A stretch of DNA of 64,000 nucleotides, from contig CAWCRS010000002.1 in the NCBI GenBank assembly GCA_963798085.1, forward strand, positions 256,001 through 320,000, in the 5' to 3' direction. The first letter of the stretch is position 1. The number at the start of each line of letters is the position of its first letter. The translations under genes and the position numbers were made by a program. The notes beneath the pieces were generated by a model that saw only the letters and a list, made by a program, of their open reading frames with translations, did no database searches and had not been told where the DNA came from. This stretch comes from an uncultured Gemmatimonadales bacterium (GTDB lineage Bacteria; Gemmatimonadota; Gemmatimonadetes; Longimicrobiales; RSA9). Positions 42,414-51,346 of the stretch are shown piece after piece.

Positions 42414-44903
42414 CTACACGCGCCGTTCGACCAGCTCGTTCCAGTCGCGGAAGCCTTCGGTCTCGGCCACCAGCTGGCGGGCACGCTCGAGGCCGAGCAC
42501 GAAACCCCCGTCAGCACCGTGGCGCAGCGCGAGCCGGTCGCGCACGCCCCTGCGCACCGCATCGACGTGATTGTAGCCGGTGTTCCAGGTGCGCAGGTCA
42601 ATGCCGTAGTGGTCGACGATCCGGCGCGCCGCGGCGTCGTCACCGTTGTCATGGGCGGCGACGAAGTCGTCCGCCAGCGCCGCACACTGCGCCAGCGTCG
42701 TCTCGGGTGGCAGGGTTGCGGTGGCTTCGTACGCGCGCAGCACATCGACAATACGCTGGTGGCCGCGGCGGGTGGCCCAGGCCATGGGCGTCGCCCACGG
42801 CGCATCGTCGGGCAGGCTCGTTCGGGCGCCGCGGCGCAGCAGGTATACGACCATGCGCAGCTTGCCGTGCCTTGCGGCATAGCCGAGCGGCGTGGACGAA
42901 TACTCGACATCGCGCACGTTCAGGTCGGCGCCGTGGTCCAGGAAGATGGCTGCGCGCTCAATGTCGCCATTCTGCGCGAAGCGGTGCAGCGGCGTGATGC
43001 GCAGCCAGTCCGGCCGGTTGGGATCCATGCCGTGCGCGAAGAGCAGCTCGTTCGCCGCGCGTGAGCGGCCGGCCACGGTCACGCGCTTCGGCAGGTCGGG
43101 CGCATAGCGCAGCACCAGGCGCAGGAACGGATCGTACCCGGCGGCATTGCCCAGGATGTCGGGATCGTCAGCCCGCGCCGGATTGGCGTCGAACACGGCC
43201 GCGGCCGTGACGAGATCGTCCTCGTGCGCCAGCAGCTGCACCTTGCGCGCCGCGCCGTACGACGCCAGCAGCTCGATCATGCGCTTGTCGCCGCGGCTCA
43301 TGGCAATGGTCAGCGTGTCCGCCGAGCTTTCTACCTCGACGTTCGCATACGCGCCGCGCTCGAGCAGCAGCTCCGCCACTTCGTAGTGCCCGTTGTAGAC
43401 GGCGGAGTAGAGGGCGATGCCGCGCGGTGCAATGTGCTCCTCGGGCAGGTTGGGGTCCGCGCCGTGGTCGAACAGCAGCCGCACGATCTCGAGGTGGCCC
43501 GCCGCCGCCGCATTGCGCAGCGGTGTGCCGGAACAGGCGTAGTAGGTGACGTATTCCGACGGCCTGTTGGCGAGTGAAGCGTCGCCTGCAAGCAGTTCCT
43601 GTACGCGCTCAATGTCGCCGATGTACGAGGCGGTGCAGATGTCGACATACGCGCCGCGGGAACGCAGGTGCTCGATGATCTGGCGCGGCGCCGTCGGATG
43701 GTCGTAGAGCCAGCCGCGGTAGGAGTAGTCGCCGTTGGCCAGCTGGATGGGCCGCGCCCCATCGGCCCGCTTCCCGTTGATGTCCGCGCCCCGTTCCAGC
43801 AGCAGGTCGATCATGGCGGGATTGCGCGTCATGGTCGCCCAGTGGATGGGCAGGTTGGTGGACTCGTCGGCGGCGTGGATCAGCTCGGGCTCTGCGTCCA
43901 GCAGCTGGCGCACCCTGTCCAGGTCGCGGGACCGGATGGCCTCGGCGATGGCGGCGCCGCGCGGCGAGAGGTGCATCGACTCCGCCAGCTTCGCCTCCAG
44001 CAGCTTCTCCATTTCCGTGAAGCCGCGCTCGCGCGCCTCCTCGAGCGGATTGCGGAACGGCTGCGCGCCATGGTCCAGCAGCCAGGCCGCGGCAGCGATC
44101 TGGTTCTCCTGCACGGCAAAGCCCAGCGCGGTGCGGTACTCGTACGCGCTGCGCAGCAGTGCCGGATCCTTCGCGACCAGGCGTTCGAGTGTCGCGATGT
44201 CACCGGTCATGGCAGCGCAGAACATCTCCCATACATCCACGCCCATGCCCGGCGACCAGAACAGCGGCTCGTTCTTCTTCAGCGCTTCCGGCCGGATGAG
44301 CAGTGCGACACGGTCGGCGAATGCCGGCCCGCTCAATGGCCTCGCCGCGTTCAGGTTTTCCTCAATGTCGCTCATGTGTTTCCTCAGCCGCTGTCTCGCC
44401 GAATACAGGCGAGTCTTCACGACATTCGCATTGACGTTCAGGAACTCGGCGATCGCGCTTTGCGAATGATCGCCCATGTAGTAGAGCAGCACGACCTGCT
44501 GCTCCGCTTCCGACAGTGTGCCGATCGCCGCACGCAGCGCGGCGCGCGTTTCCCGCACTTCCAGCGCCGCTTCCGGCGATGGCGCCGTCGAAGCGACATG
44601 CATGGCCGCATCCAGTGCGGTCACCGCGTGCTGCCGGCGCCGCGCGATGCGATCGCAGTGCTTGAACACGATGCTGCGGAACCACGCGGGGAACGCTGCG
44701 GGCTCGCGCAGTGCGCGCAGCTGGCGGTGCGCCTCGACGAACGCCTCCTGCGCCGCATCTTCCGCGAGATGGTAGTCGCCAAGAATCGACGTGGCATACG
44801 CCACTGCGATGTCCTGGAAGCTGCGCACCAGCTCGCCGAATGAGCGGCCGTCGCCCGCCTGCGCCGCGCGCACGAATGCCGTGATCTGCTCCCTGTCCGG
44901 CAA
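42414..44903 (-). CDS. ECF sigma-70 factor fused to ankyrin repeats and a C-terminal 'AE-GF-W' helical domain
   Basis: AGGAGG + TTG start; AEDAAQEAF, FPAWF, VKTRLYSARQRL (sigma2/sigma4); TPLHRFA, TPLGYAA ankyrin repeats; tail LERARQLVAETEGFRDWNEL. Confidence 0.88.
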   Translation of the reverse strand: MPDREQITAFVRAAQAGDGRSFGELVRSFQDIAVAYATSILGDYHLAEDAAQEAFVEAHRQLRALREPAAFPAWFRSIVFKHCDRIARRRQHAVTALDAAMHVASTAPSPEAALEVRETRAALRAAIGTLSEAEQQVVLLYYMGDHSQSAIAEFLNVNANVVKTRLYSARQRLRKHMSDIEENLNAARPLSGPAFADRVALLIRPEALKKNEPLFWSPGMGVDVWEMFCAAMTGDIATLERLVAKDPALLRSAYEYRTALGFAVQENQIAAAAWLLDHGAQPFRNPLEEARERGFTEMEKLLEAKLAESMHLSPRGAAIAEAIRSRDLDRVRQLLDAEPELIHAADESTNLPIHWATMTRNPAMIDLLLERGADINGKRADGARPIQLANGDYSYRGWLYDHPTAPRQIIEHLRSRGAYVDICTASYIGDIERVQELLAGDASLANRPSEYVTYYACSGTPLRNAAAAGHLEIVRLLFDHGADPNLPEEHIAPRGIALYSAVYNGHYEVAELLLERGAYANVEVESSADTLTIAMSRGDKRMIELLASYGAARKVQLLAHEDDLVTAAAVFDANPARADDPDILGNAAGYDPFLRLVLRYAPDLPKRVTVAGRSRAANELLFAHGMDPNRPDWLRITPLHRFAQNGDIERAAIFLDHGADLNVRDVEYSSTPLGYAARHGKLRMVVYLLRRGARTSLPDDAPWATPMAWATRRGHQRIVDVLRAYEATATLPPETTLAQCAALADDFVAAHDNGDDAAARRIVDHYGIDLRTWNTGYNHVDAVRRGVRDRLALRHGADGGFVLGLERARQLVAETEGFRDWNELVERRV

Positions 44904-44967
44904 TTGCCTCCTTCTGGTAGATGGACCCGGGCAGTGCTGCAAAGGTGTGAGGTGGCGGGCGGTGGAG

Positions 44968-45002
44968 CGAATGCTGGAACGAATGCTGGAACGAATGATG
45001 GA
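44968..45002. repeat. 12-bp tandem repeat x3 upstream of the sigma-ankyrin gene
   Basis: CGAATGCTGGAA CGAATGCTGGAA CGAATGATGGA. Confidence 0.8.
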
Positions 45003-45132
45003 GACCCGGCCGCAAGCGAACGATGGGCGCGAGCGCAATCGCGGAAGGGAAAGCGCGCGGCGCGAGTGCAGCAGGATGCGCTGACCCCGGGCGCGGGTCC
45101 CGGGGCCAGTGGAATCGGATGCGGTTACCCGA

Positions 45133-45678
45133 CTAGTTCCCGCCGCCCTTGCTCGAAGGCGGCACCATCCCGTTCAGCCGCAGGTACGTCACCAGATTGC
45201 CGTAATGCTCGCCGTCGTGCGTGGCATTGATGACGAGCGCGTGCAGCCGGGTCACGTTCTGGCCGAACAGATTGGCCGGCACGCGCACCGCCGCATCCGT
45301 CTGCTGGTAGGCCTTGTCGCAGTATTCGTTGGACTCGCGCATGGCCTGCACCAGACCGGCCTTGGTGGTGACAGCCTTCTCGACCGCATCCTCCGCGGGC
45401 GGCTGCTCGCCCAGCGCCATGGCGCAGAACATTCGCTGCGAGCCGGCCACGTGCCCGATGATCTCGCCGAACGTACGCACTTCGGGCGTCGGCCGATACG
45501 AATACTTGGCCTCCGGCATGTCCTGCGCCGCCTGCAGGACATAACCGCTCATGGACTGCCACTGCCAGCGCACCGCCTGGACCGCGGCGTTGCCCGCACC
45601 GCCTCCGCGCTGCGCCTGGGCGGCGAGCGGCGTGATGGCTACCGACACGAGCGCGAGGACCGGGAAAGCCCGCGACAT
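45133..45678 (-). CDS. DinB-family secreted protein
   Basis: MPEAKYSYRPTPEVRTFGEIIGHVA, HDGEHYGNLVTYLRLNG. Confidence 0.88.
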   Translation of the reverse strand: MSRAFPVLALVSVAITPLAAQAQRGGGAGNAAVQAVRWQWQSMSGYVLQAAQDMPEAKYSYRPTPEVRTFGEIIGHVAGSQRMFCAMALGEQPPAEDAVEKAVTTKAGLVQAMRESNEYCDKAYQQTDAAVRVPANLFGQNVTRLHALVINATHDGEHYGNLVTYLRLNGMVPPSSKGGGN

Positions 45679-45790
45679 GGTCACCTCTCTGAAGGAGTGC
45701 CCGGGGACAGGAAAGCCGAAGTTTGCGCCCCGACGGCACTGGACCGCAAGGCCGGGTGGCGACAACAACGGTTACTCGCGGGCTGGAGCC

Positions 45791-46240
45791 CTATGAGCGC
45801 AAGTCGTCAAGGAACTCGGATGCGGGAGCGACGCCCGTCACCAGGAGGCCGTCGCGCGCACGCGCCCAGGCCACATGAAGCAGATGGCGCTCGGTGTTGT
45901 AGACTTCCTCGAGGTCCGAGTCATCAGTGACAGCGAGAATGGCTGCTGGAGAATGCGCTGTCCCAGATCCCCGGTGAAGAACAGACCATTGCCCGTGTCA
46001 CCAGCCAGTGCGACAAGGAATCGAATCTGCGGTACGCCCAGGTCCTGCGCCTCATCTGCGACAATGTGTTCGAATGGACGCCGACCTGTTTCGCTGTAAT
46101 GCTCTGCGAGCGCACGGTGCATGCCGGCGGATGTCATGAGGCGGCGCGCCGCGAGCATGGCTCGGACACGGTCGAAAACGGCCCATAGCTTCGCGCGCTG
46201 TGCTTCCGGCAATCGTGTCTTCCTCCCCAGTCGCGCGACT
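45791..46240 (-). pseudogene. UvrD-like helicase remnant (5' part and an internal block deleted)
   Basis: RLGRKTRLPEAQR...IVADEAQD...FTGDLGQRI fused out of frame to EEVYNTERHLLHVAWARARD...EFLDDL*. Confidence 0.75.
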
Positions 46241-46452
46241 TCGCCTTCCCTTGCCAGACCAGCTGCGGGTCGAGGTCACGGTTGCGTCGCTCGTAGGCGA
46301 CGCGTATCGGATCCTGCGCTTCCTTCCTTCTGCAGCACCGACTGGTATTCCGCGGTCGGAATGTTCTTCCGCCTTGCCTCGTCGTGCTGGAGCGTCGCTG
46401 CTTCACAAGGCTTTTTCGTGCCGCGCGCGCTGCCCGGTCGCTTCGTCGCCAT
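46241..46452 (-). pseudogene. N-terminal remnant of a type III RM Mod-like DNA methyltransferase
   Basis: TLQHDEARRKNIPTAEYQSVL...RNRDLDPQLVWQGK (frameshifted), truncated at the helicase junction. Confidence 0.65.
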
Positions 46453-46462
46453 GTGAAATCCT

Positions 46463-46831
46463 TCAGGAGTTGCGGTGCGCCAGCGAAAGCTCTTCCGCCA
46501 CTGCTGACAATCTGTTATCCCGCGTCCACAGGCTGGCCGTGCCGTTCAGGGCAACGGCCGCGAGCAGATGGACATCGACCCAACCAATGCCACGACCCAT
46601 CAGCGCGTTCCGCTCGAGGTAGACCAGCGCTTCGTCATCCGTTGCGACGGGTGCCGCCGGAAGGCCGCGGATCAGGCCGAGCAGCTCGCGGCGGTTGCGC
46701 AGGTTGCCGCAGGCCAGTTCACCAAGGACGAACGGATGCATCAGGACCCGTCCCGCGTTCAGCTCGGCCGCGAGACCCGGCTCGCGGCCCCGCAGGTGAC
46801 CGATCCACACCGACGTGTCGACGAGAATCAT
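46463..46831 (-). CDS. vapC: VapC PIN-domain toxin
   Basis: MILVDTSVW, HPFVLGELACG, GIGWVDVHLLA, LWTRD. Confidence 0.93.
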   Translation of the reverse strand: MILVDTSVWIGHLRGREPGLAAELNAGRVLMHPFVLGELACGNLRNRRELLGLIRGLPAAPVATDDEALVYLERNALMGRGIGWVDVHLLAAVALNGTASLWTRDNRLSAVAEELSLAHRNS

Positions 46832-46835
46832 GACT

Positions 46836-47033
46836 TCACGCCGAACGGGCACGCCGTCGCGGCGGCGTAACCACCGCGGGCTCGCTGCCACCGAGGCGGG
46901 CCAGCTGGCGGGCACTCTCGCGCTCGATCAGCGCACGCAGCGCTTCGCGAACGAGCGCCGTCCGCTCCTTCATGCCCGTGAGCTTCTGCGCCTCGCGCAC
47001 CAGCTCATCATCCAGATTGATCGTCGTCCGCAT
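46836..47033 (-). CDS. vapB: VapB antitoxin
   Basis: MRTTINLDDELV...LVREALRALIERESARQLARLGGSEP; directly upstream of vapC. Confidence 0.9.
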   Translation of the reverse strand: MRTTINLDDELVREAQKLTGMKERTALVREALRALIERESARQLARLGGSEPAVVTPPRRRARSA

Positions 47034-47119
47034 GCGTTCCACCAGTTTCGAGTATGCATGGAATCTACACCATCTGGTGCCGGTACCCATGCCTTTGTGG
47101 GACTCAGACCGGGACGGAA

Positions 47120-47215
47120 CATGGAAACGGAGAGTGGACCGCCGCATGTCCTCGAGGTACTCCAGGCTCAGGTCGACATCCTCGCCGAGGATGCCCGCGT
47201 TGCGCGTGATGGAGG
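47120..47215 (-). pseudogene. Possible internal remnant of a type III restriction (Res) subunit
   Basis: ITRNAGILGEDVDLSLEYLEDMRRSTLRFH resembles, from recall, an internal segment of Res proteins partnered with this Mod type. Confidence 0.35.
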
Positions 47216-47303
47216 GGCTCCGATGCGGATGTGTTCTGGCAGGCTCGCCCAGCAGGGTCCGCGGCCTGGTGCAACGCGAGGGCCGTGCATCTCCACAAGC
47301 CCT

Positions 47304-48191
47304 TCACCGGCCCATCTCGCGCACGACTTCGTGCGGCGATTTGTCCGGACGCAGCCCGAGCAGTCGGGCGTGGCGCAGCTTGCCGTGCCCGGTCCACTCG
47401 ATGAACGCGACCTGCACGACGAGCTCGGGGCGCACCCAGTGGGCGCGCACGCGCGGCAGGCCCACGGCGCGCGTGAACGGCGTTTTCGGAATCTCCAGCG
47501 CGTCCATGCGCGCGCGCAGGTCGAGCAGCAGCGCCGTATCGAAGCCGGTGCCCACCTTGCCCGCAAACACGAAGTCAGCGCCATCGTAGTAACCGACGAG
47601 CAGGGCGCCGAAGCCCACGCGCTTGCCTTGCGGATCCGTGAATCCGCCCACCACCAGCTCCTGCGATGCTTCGCACTTCATCTTGAGCCAGTGCGGCGAG
47701 CGCCGGTGCTCGTACGGCGAGTCACGGCGTTTGGCGACGACGCCCTCCCAGCCTTCGCGGCACGCACGCTCCCACGGCTGCGCATCGTCCACGCGCTGCA
47801 CGAGGCCGAGCGGCGGCGCGAGGGGCAGCTGCTCGAGCAGTGCGCGGCGTGCATCCAGCGGCAGCTGCGTCACGTCCTGTCCGTTCAGCCACACGATGTC
47901 GAACACATGGTACACGATGCGACCGGCATGGCCCCATATGCCGAGCGCCTCGCCGTCCAGGATCACGTCGTGCACAGGCAGCGCCGCAATGGCTCGCCCC
48001 ACGGCGGGATACGCGCCGTCCTGCGGCAGCCGGTTGCGCGACAGCAGACGCACGTGTGCACCATCCTTGAATGCGAGCAGCCGGATGCCGTCGAGCTTGC
48101 GCTCGAATACCCACTCCGGTCCGGTGAAGCGCTCCTGCGTGAGCGTCGCGGCCATGGGCACGATCCAGTCGGGAAAAGCGCTCTCGGTCAT
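47304..48191 (-). CDS. ligD: ATP-dependent DNA ligase (LigD ligase domain)
   Basis: ERKLDGIR (KxDG), ILDGE, EGVVAK, WLKMK, GKVGTGF, LRH. Confidence 0.93.
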   Translation of the reverse strand: MTESAFPDWIVPMAATLTQERFTGPEWVFERKLDGIRLLAFKDGAHVRLLSRNRLPQDGAYPAVGRAIAALPVHDVILDGEALGIWGHAGRIVYHVFDIVWLNGQDVTQLPLDARRALLEQLPLAPPLGLVQRVDDAQPWERACREGWEGVVAKRRDSPYEHRRSPHWLKMKCEASQELVVGGFTDPQGKRVGFGALLVGYYDGADFVFAGKVGTGFDTALLLDLRARMDALEIPKTPFTRAVGLPRVRAHWVRPELVVQVAFIEWTGHGKLRHARLLGLRPDKSPHEVVREMGR

Positions 48192-48543
48192 GGCCCGGCT
48201 AACAGGGTGGATGCGTCGGCTTGCATGGTTGGTGGGCGAGCGGTGAGGTCTGTCGCAACCGCAGACCGGGCTCGAATCGGCCGTGTTTCCGGCGACGACG
48301 GGTGCCCGTTCTTCCGGCGGCAAGCCTACCGCCGGCTCCACCGAGCGTCAACACGGCTCAGGCGCGCGATTCATCACGGTTCCGGTCCCGTTCTTCCCGC
48401 GGCCCTTTCGTGGAGTCACGCAGCCACGCTCCGTGCCTGCCCGCCCGCAGGTTGCGTGGCGCCGGGCCGCGGCGTTACGTACGCTGGCATCCTGCACACA
48501 GCCAGGCGATGGCGCGAACGCACGCGGGGAATCCAGACTCAGC

Positions 48544-49656
48544 ATGAACCGGAACCGCAGTCCCGACCCACAGCGCATTGCGCTCAGGCCGCTCGCGCTG
48601 GGCGCGCTGCTCTTCCTGCTGGGAGCGATGGTCGGCATCGGTGTGCGCGACTTTCCCATGAAGTCGCGCACACCCATGGGCGGTTCACTGCGCCAGCTGC
48701 TGCTGATGACCGTGGGGCCGGATACGGTGAACCTGTATGTGGCCGTGCTCGCCGTCCCGTTCTTCGTCTGGGCCGCGCGCCGCTGGCCGGTCGCGCGACC
48801 CGTCTCGCGCAGAAACTTCCTCGTCCAGACGCTGCTGATCCTGCTCGTGGCGGGACTGGGCGTCGTCGCCTTCTATCTGGTCGTGGACGGACGCAACCCG
48901 GGCATGCGCGTGATGCCCGTGTTCTTCGCCACCTACCGCGCCGCCGCGACCCTTCCCGTGATCGCGGGTGTCGCCATTCTGGGGCAGGCCATCGAGCTGG
49001 GTACGCGGGCGCAGCGCAGTGCGCTGGATGCGGAGCGCCTGCGCGCCCGCCTGGCCGATGCCCGGCTGGCCACGCTCACCGCGCAGCTGCGCCCGCACTT
49101 CCTGTTCAACACGCTGCAGAACGTGTCCACGCTGATGTACGAACGCCCCGCGGATGCTGACGCGCTGTTAGCACACCTGGGCGAGCTGCTGCGCGCATCC
49201 TTCCGCTTTGCCGACACGCGCACCATTCCGCTGCACGAGGAGCTGCGCCTGGTGCGCGACTACATCGAGATTGCGCGCGTTCGTCATGGCGAGCGGCTCA
49301 GCTTCGAGCTGGATGTCGAGGACGCGGCGCTGGCCGAGGCCGTACCACCGTTCCTGCTGCAGCCCATTGTCGAGAATGCCATCGAGCACGGCCTCGACGA
49401 CGAGCTGGCGGGCGTCCACATCGCGATCCGCGCGCGTTTGGCTGCCGGTGCGCTCGCTGTCGCCGTGTCCGACAGCGGGCGCGGCCCCAATGCCGGCGCC
49501 GGCGATAACAGCGGTATCGGGCTGCGCAACACGCGCGAGCGGCTGGTCGAGACGTTCGGTGCGGCGGCCTCGCTCACCCTGCGGCCGCTGCCCGGTGGTG
49601 GCACGATCGTCGAGCTGCGCATACCGCCGCGCAATGCCGACGGAGGAAGCCGCTGA
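48544..49656 (+). CDS. LytS-type sensor histidine kinase
   Basis: QLRPHFLFNTL, LQPIVENAIEHG, GIGLRN. Confidence 0.92.
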   Translation: MNRNRSPDPQRIALRPLALGALLFLLGAMVGIGVRDFPMKSRTPMGGSLRQLLLMTVGPDTVNLYVAVLAVPFFVWAARRWPVARPVSRRNFLVQTLLILLVAGLGVVAFYLVVDGRNPGMRVMPVFFATYRAAATLPVIAGVAILGQAIELGTRAQRSALDAERLRARLADARLATLTAQLRPHFLFNTLQNVSTLMYERPADADALLAHLGELLRASFRFADTRTIPLHEELRLVRDYIEIARVRHGERLSFELDVEDAALAEAVPPFLLQPIVENAIEHGLDDELAGVHIAIRARLAAGALAVAVSDSGRGPNAGAGDNSGIGLRNTRERLVETFGAAASLTLRPLPGGGTIVELRIPPRNADGGSR

Positions 49657-50417
49657 GCGCGCGCGTCCTGATCGTCGACGACGAAGCCCTCGTGCGTCGT
49701 CGTATTCGCACGCTGCTGGAGGAGCGCGCTGACATCGTGGTGACCGGCGAGTGCGTGGATGGCCTCGATGCGATTCGCGCGATCCGGCAGGAGCGGCCGG
49801 ACATCGTGTTCCTCGACGTGCACATGCCCCGGCTGGATGGCTTCGGCGTGCTGGCCCATCTGCCTGCGCCCATCCGTCCGGTCTTCGTCTTCATCACTGC
49901 GTACGACGAGCACGCCATCCATGCCTTCGACGTGGGCGCCGCGGATTATGTACTCAAGCCGATTCGCCCGGACCGCTTCGCACTCGCGGTGGATCGCGCG
50001 CTGGGCCGGCTGGATGTGCTCCCCGCGGAGCGTGCCGCGCTGGACGCCGTGCTGCAGAATGCGCGGGCGCACGGCCGTGTGCTCGACCGCTTCGTCGTGG
50101 AACGGCGGGGCCGCATGCAGATACTGCCGGCAAGGTCGGTGCGCTGGCTGGAATCGGTGGGCAACTACGTGCGCGTGCACGTCGAGGATGGCACGTCACA
50201 CGTGGTGCGCACCACACTGCGCGCGCTGGCCGATCAGCTGGACCCGCAGCGCTTCGTGCGCATCCACCGCGCGACCATTGTGCAGGCCACGCGCGTGACG
50301 GCGCTCGAACCGCGCGGCCATGGCGATGCCACGGTCACGCTCGATGACGGCACGCAGCTCGCCGCCAGCCGGGGCCGCGTCGCCGCGCTCAAGGCGCTGG
50401 TTCCGCGCTTGCGCTGA
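49653..50417 (+). CDS. LytTR response regulator (apparent CTG start)
   Basis: VLIVDDE, FLDVHMP, TAYDE, DYVLKP, FVRIHRA. Confidence 0.9.
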   Translation: MSARVLIVDDEALVRRRIRTLLEERADIVVTGECVDGLDAIRAIRQERPDIVFLDVHMPRLDGFGVLAHLPAPIRPVFVFITAYDEHAIHAFDVGAADYVLKPIRPDRFALAVDRALGRLDVLPAERAALDAVLQNARAHGRVLDRFVVERRGRMQILPARSVRWLESVGNYVRVHVEDGTSHVVRTTLRALADQLDPQRFVRIHRATIVQATRVTALEPRGHGDATVTLDDGTQLAASRGRVAALKALVPRLR

Positions 50418-50453
50418 GTCCTGCCGAACCACAGCGCAGGCGACACTCCGCCG

Positions 50454-51317
50454 TCAACCTCCCTGCGCGCGCAGCCAGGCCGCGACCTCGTCCCGCTTCC
50501 CGTACTCGGCCCAGTCTAACGGCGTGCCAGCATGGGCCTGGTCGCGCGCATCCAGTCTGGCGCCAGCATCGACCAGCACGCGCACGGCATCCAGCGAGCC
50601 GGACCAGACCGCGTGGTGCAGCGGCGTTCCGTGCGCGTAGAGGTCCTCGCTGGGCGCGTTCACGTCCGCGCCCAGTGCCAGCAGGCGCCGGAGTGCTTCG
50701 GCGTTTCCGTTCAGCGCGGCCTGCACGAAGGCCATCTGGCGCTGGCGTGCGTTCGTGGTCTGCGCCAGGGCGGGCAGTGCATCCCACATTTCGAGGCTCG
50801 CCGCAGCAGCCAGCGTAAGCGGCGCGCCGCGCTCGAGCAGGTGCGCGGCCGCATCCCAATGCCCATTGACCAGCGCGGCATCAGGCGAGCCGTCGAGTGA
50901 CGCACCCGCGTCGACCAGCCCATCGATGAGGCCGATCTGCACGCCGGCTTCCCTCGCCACCCCCGACCATGCGACCAGCCGCAGCGTGTAATCGAGCTGC
51001 TCCTGCAGCGTGTCGACACCTGCGCGGCGGGCCGCTTCAATGAGGATGCGCGCGATCTGCGCAATGTTCGCTGGTAATGTGTTGTTGCGGACGGGATCTT
51101 CCGCCACGAACCAGAGCAGGTACGGCCGCGCGAAGAAGCCATCGAGTGCTTCCGCCACCTTGTCACGCAGCCAGGCCCCCGGCCGGTCCAGACGCGCGCC
51201 GAGCAGAACCGGATGCGCGGCCAGCATGCGCTCCAGCTCGGCCGTATTGCCGGCATCGATCGCGCCGACGGCCTCGCGGAAGAGTGCGTCGAGTCGGATT
51301 TCGTCGGTTCCCGGCAT
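50454..51317 (-). CDS. Ankyrin-repeat protein (no N-terminal helical domain)
   Basis: PYLLWFVAEDPVRN, LLALGADVN, TPLHHAV, TPLDWA. Confidence 0.85.
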   Translation of the reverse strand: MPGTDEIRLDALFREAVGAIDAGNTAELERMLAAHPVLLGARLDRPGAWLRDKVAEALDGFFARPYLLWFVAEDPVRNNTLPANIAQIARILIEAARRAGVDTLQEQLDYTLRLVAWSGVAREAGVQIGLIDGLVDAGASLDGSPDAALVNGHWDAAAHLLERGAPLTLAAAASLEMWDALPALAQTTNARQRQMAFVQAALNGNAEALRRLLALGADVNAPSEDLYAHGTPLHHAVWSGSLDAVRVLVDAGARLDARDQAHAGTPLDWAEYGKRDEVAAWLRAQGG

Positions 51318-51346
51318 CGGTTCCCTCCAGATGGGAATGCAGCCTG

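Noticed and set aside
51318..51346. Third copy of the leader RNA before ankyrin 50454..51317 or the sigma-ankyrin gene
   Set aside because: Only a 29-bp spacer here, and no GTCCGC/GCGGAC pair upstream of 44903
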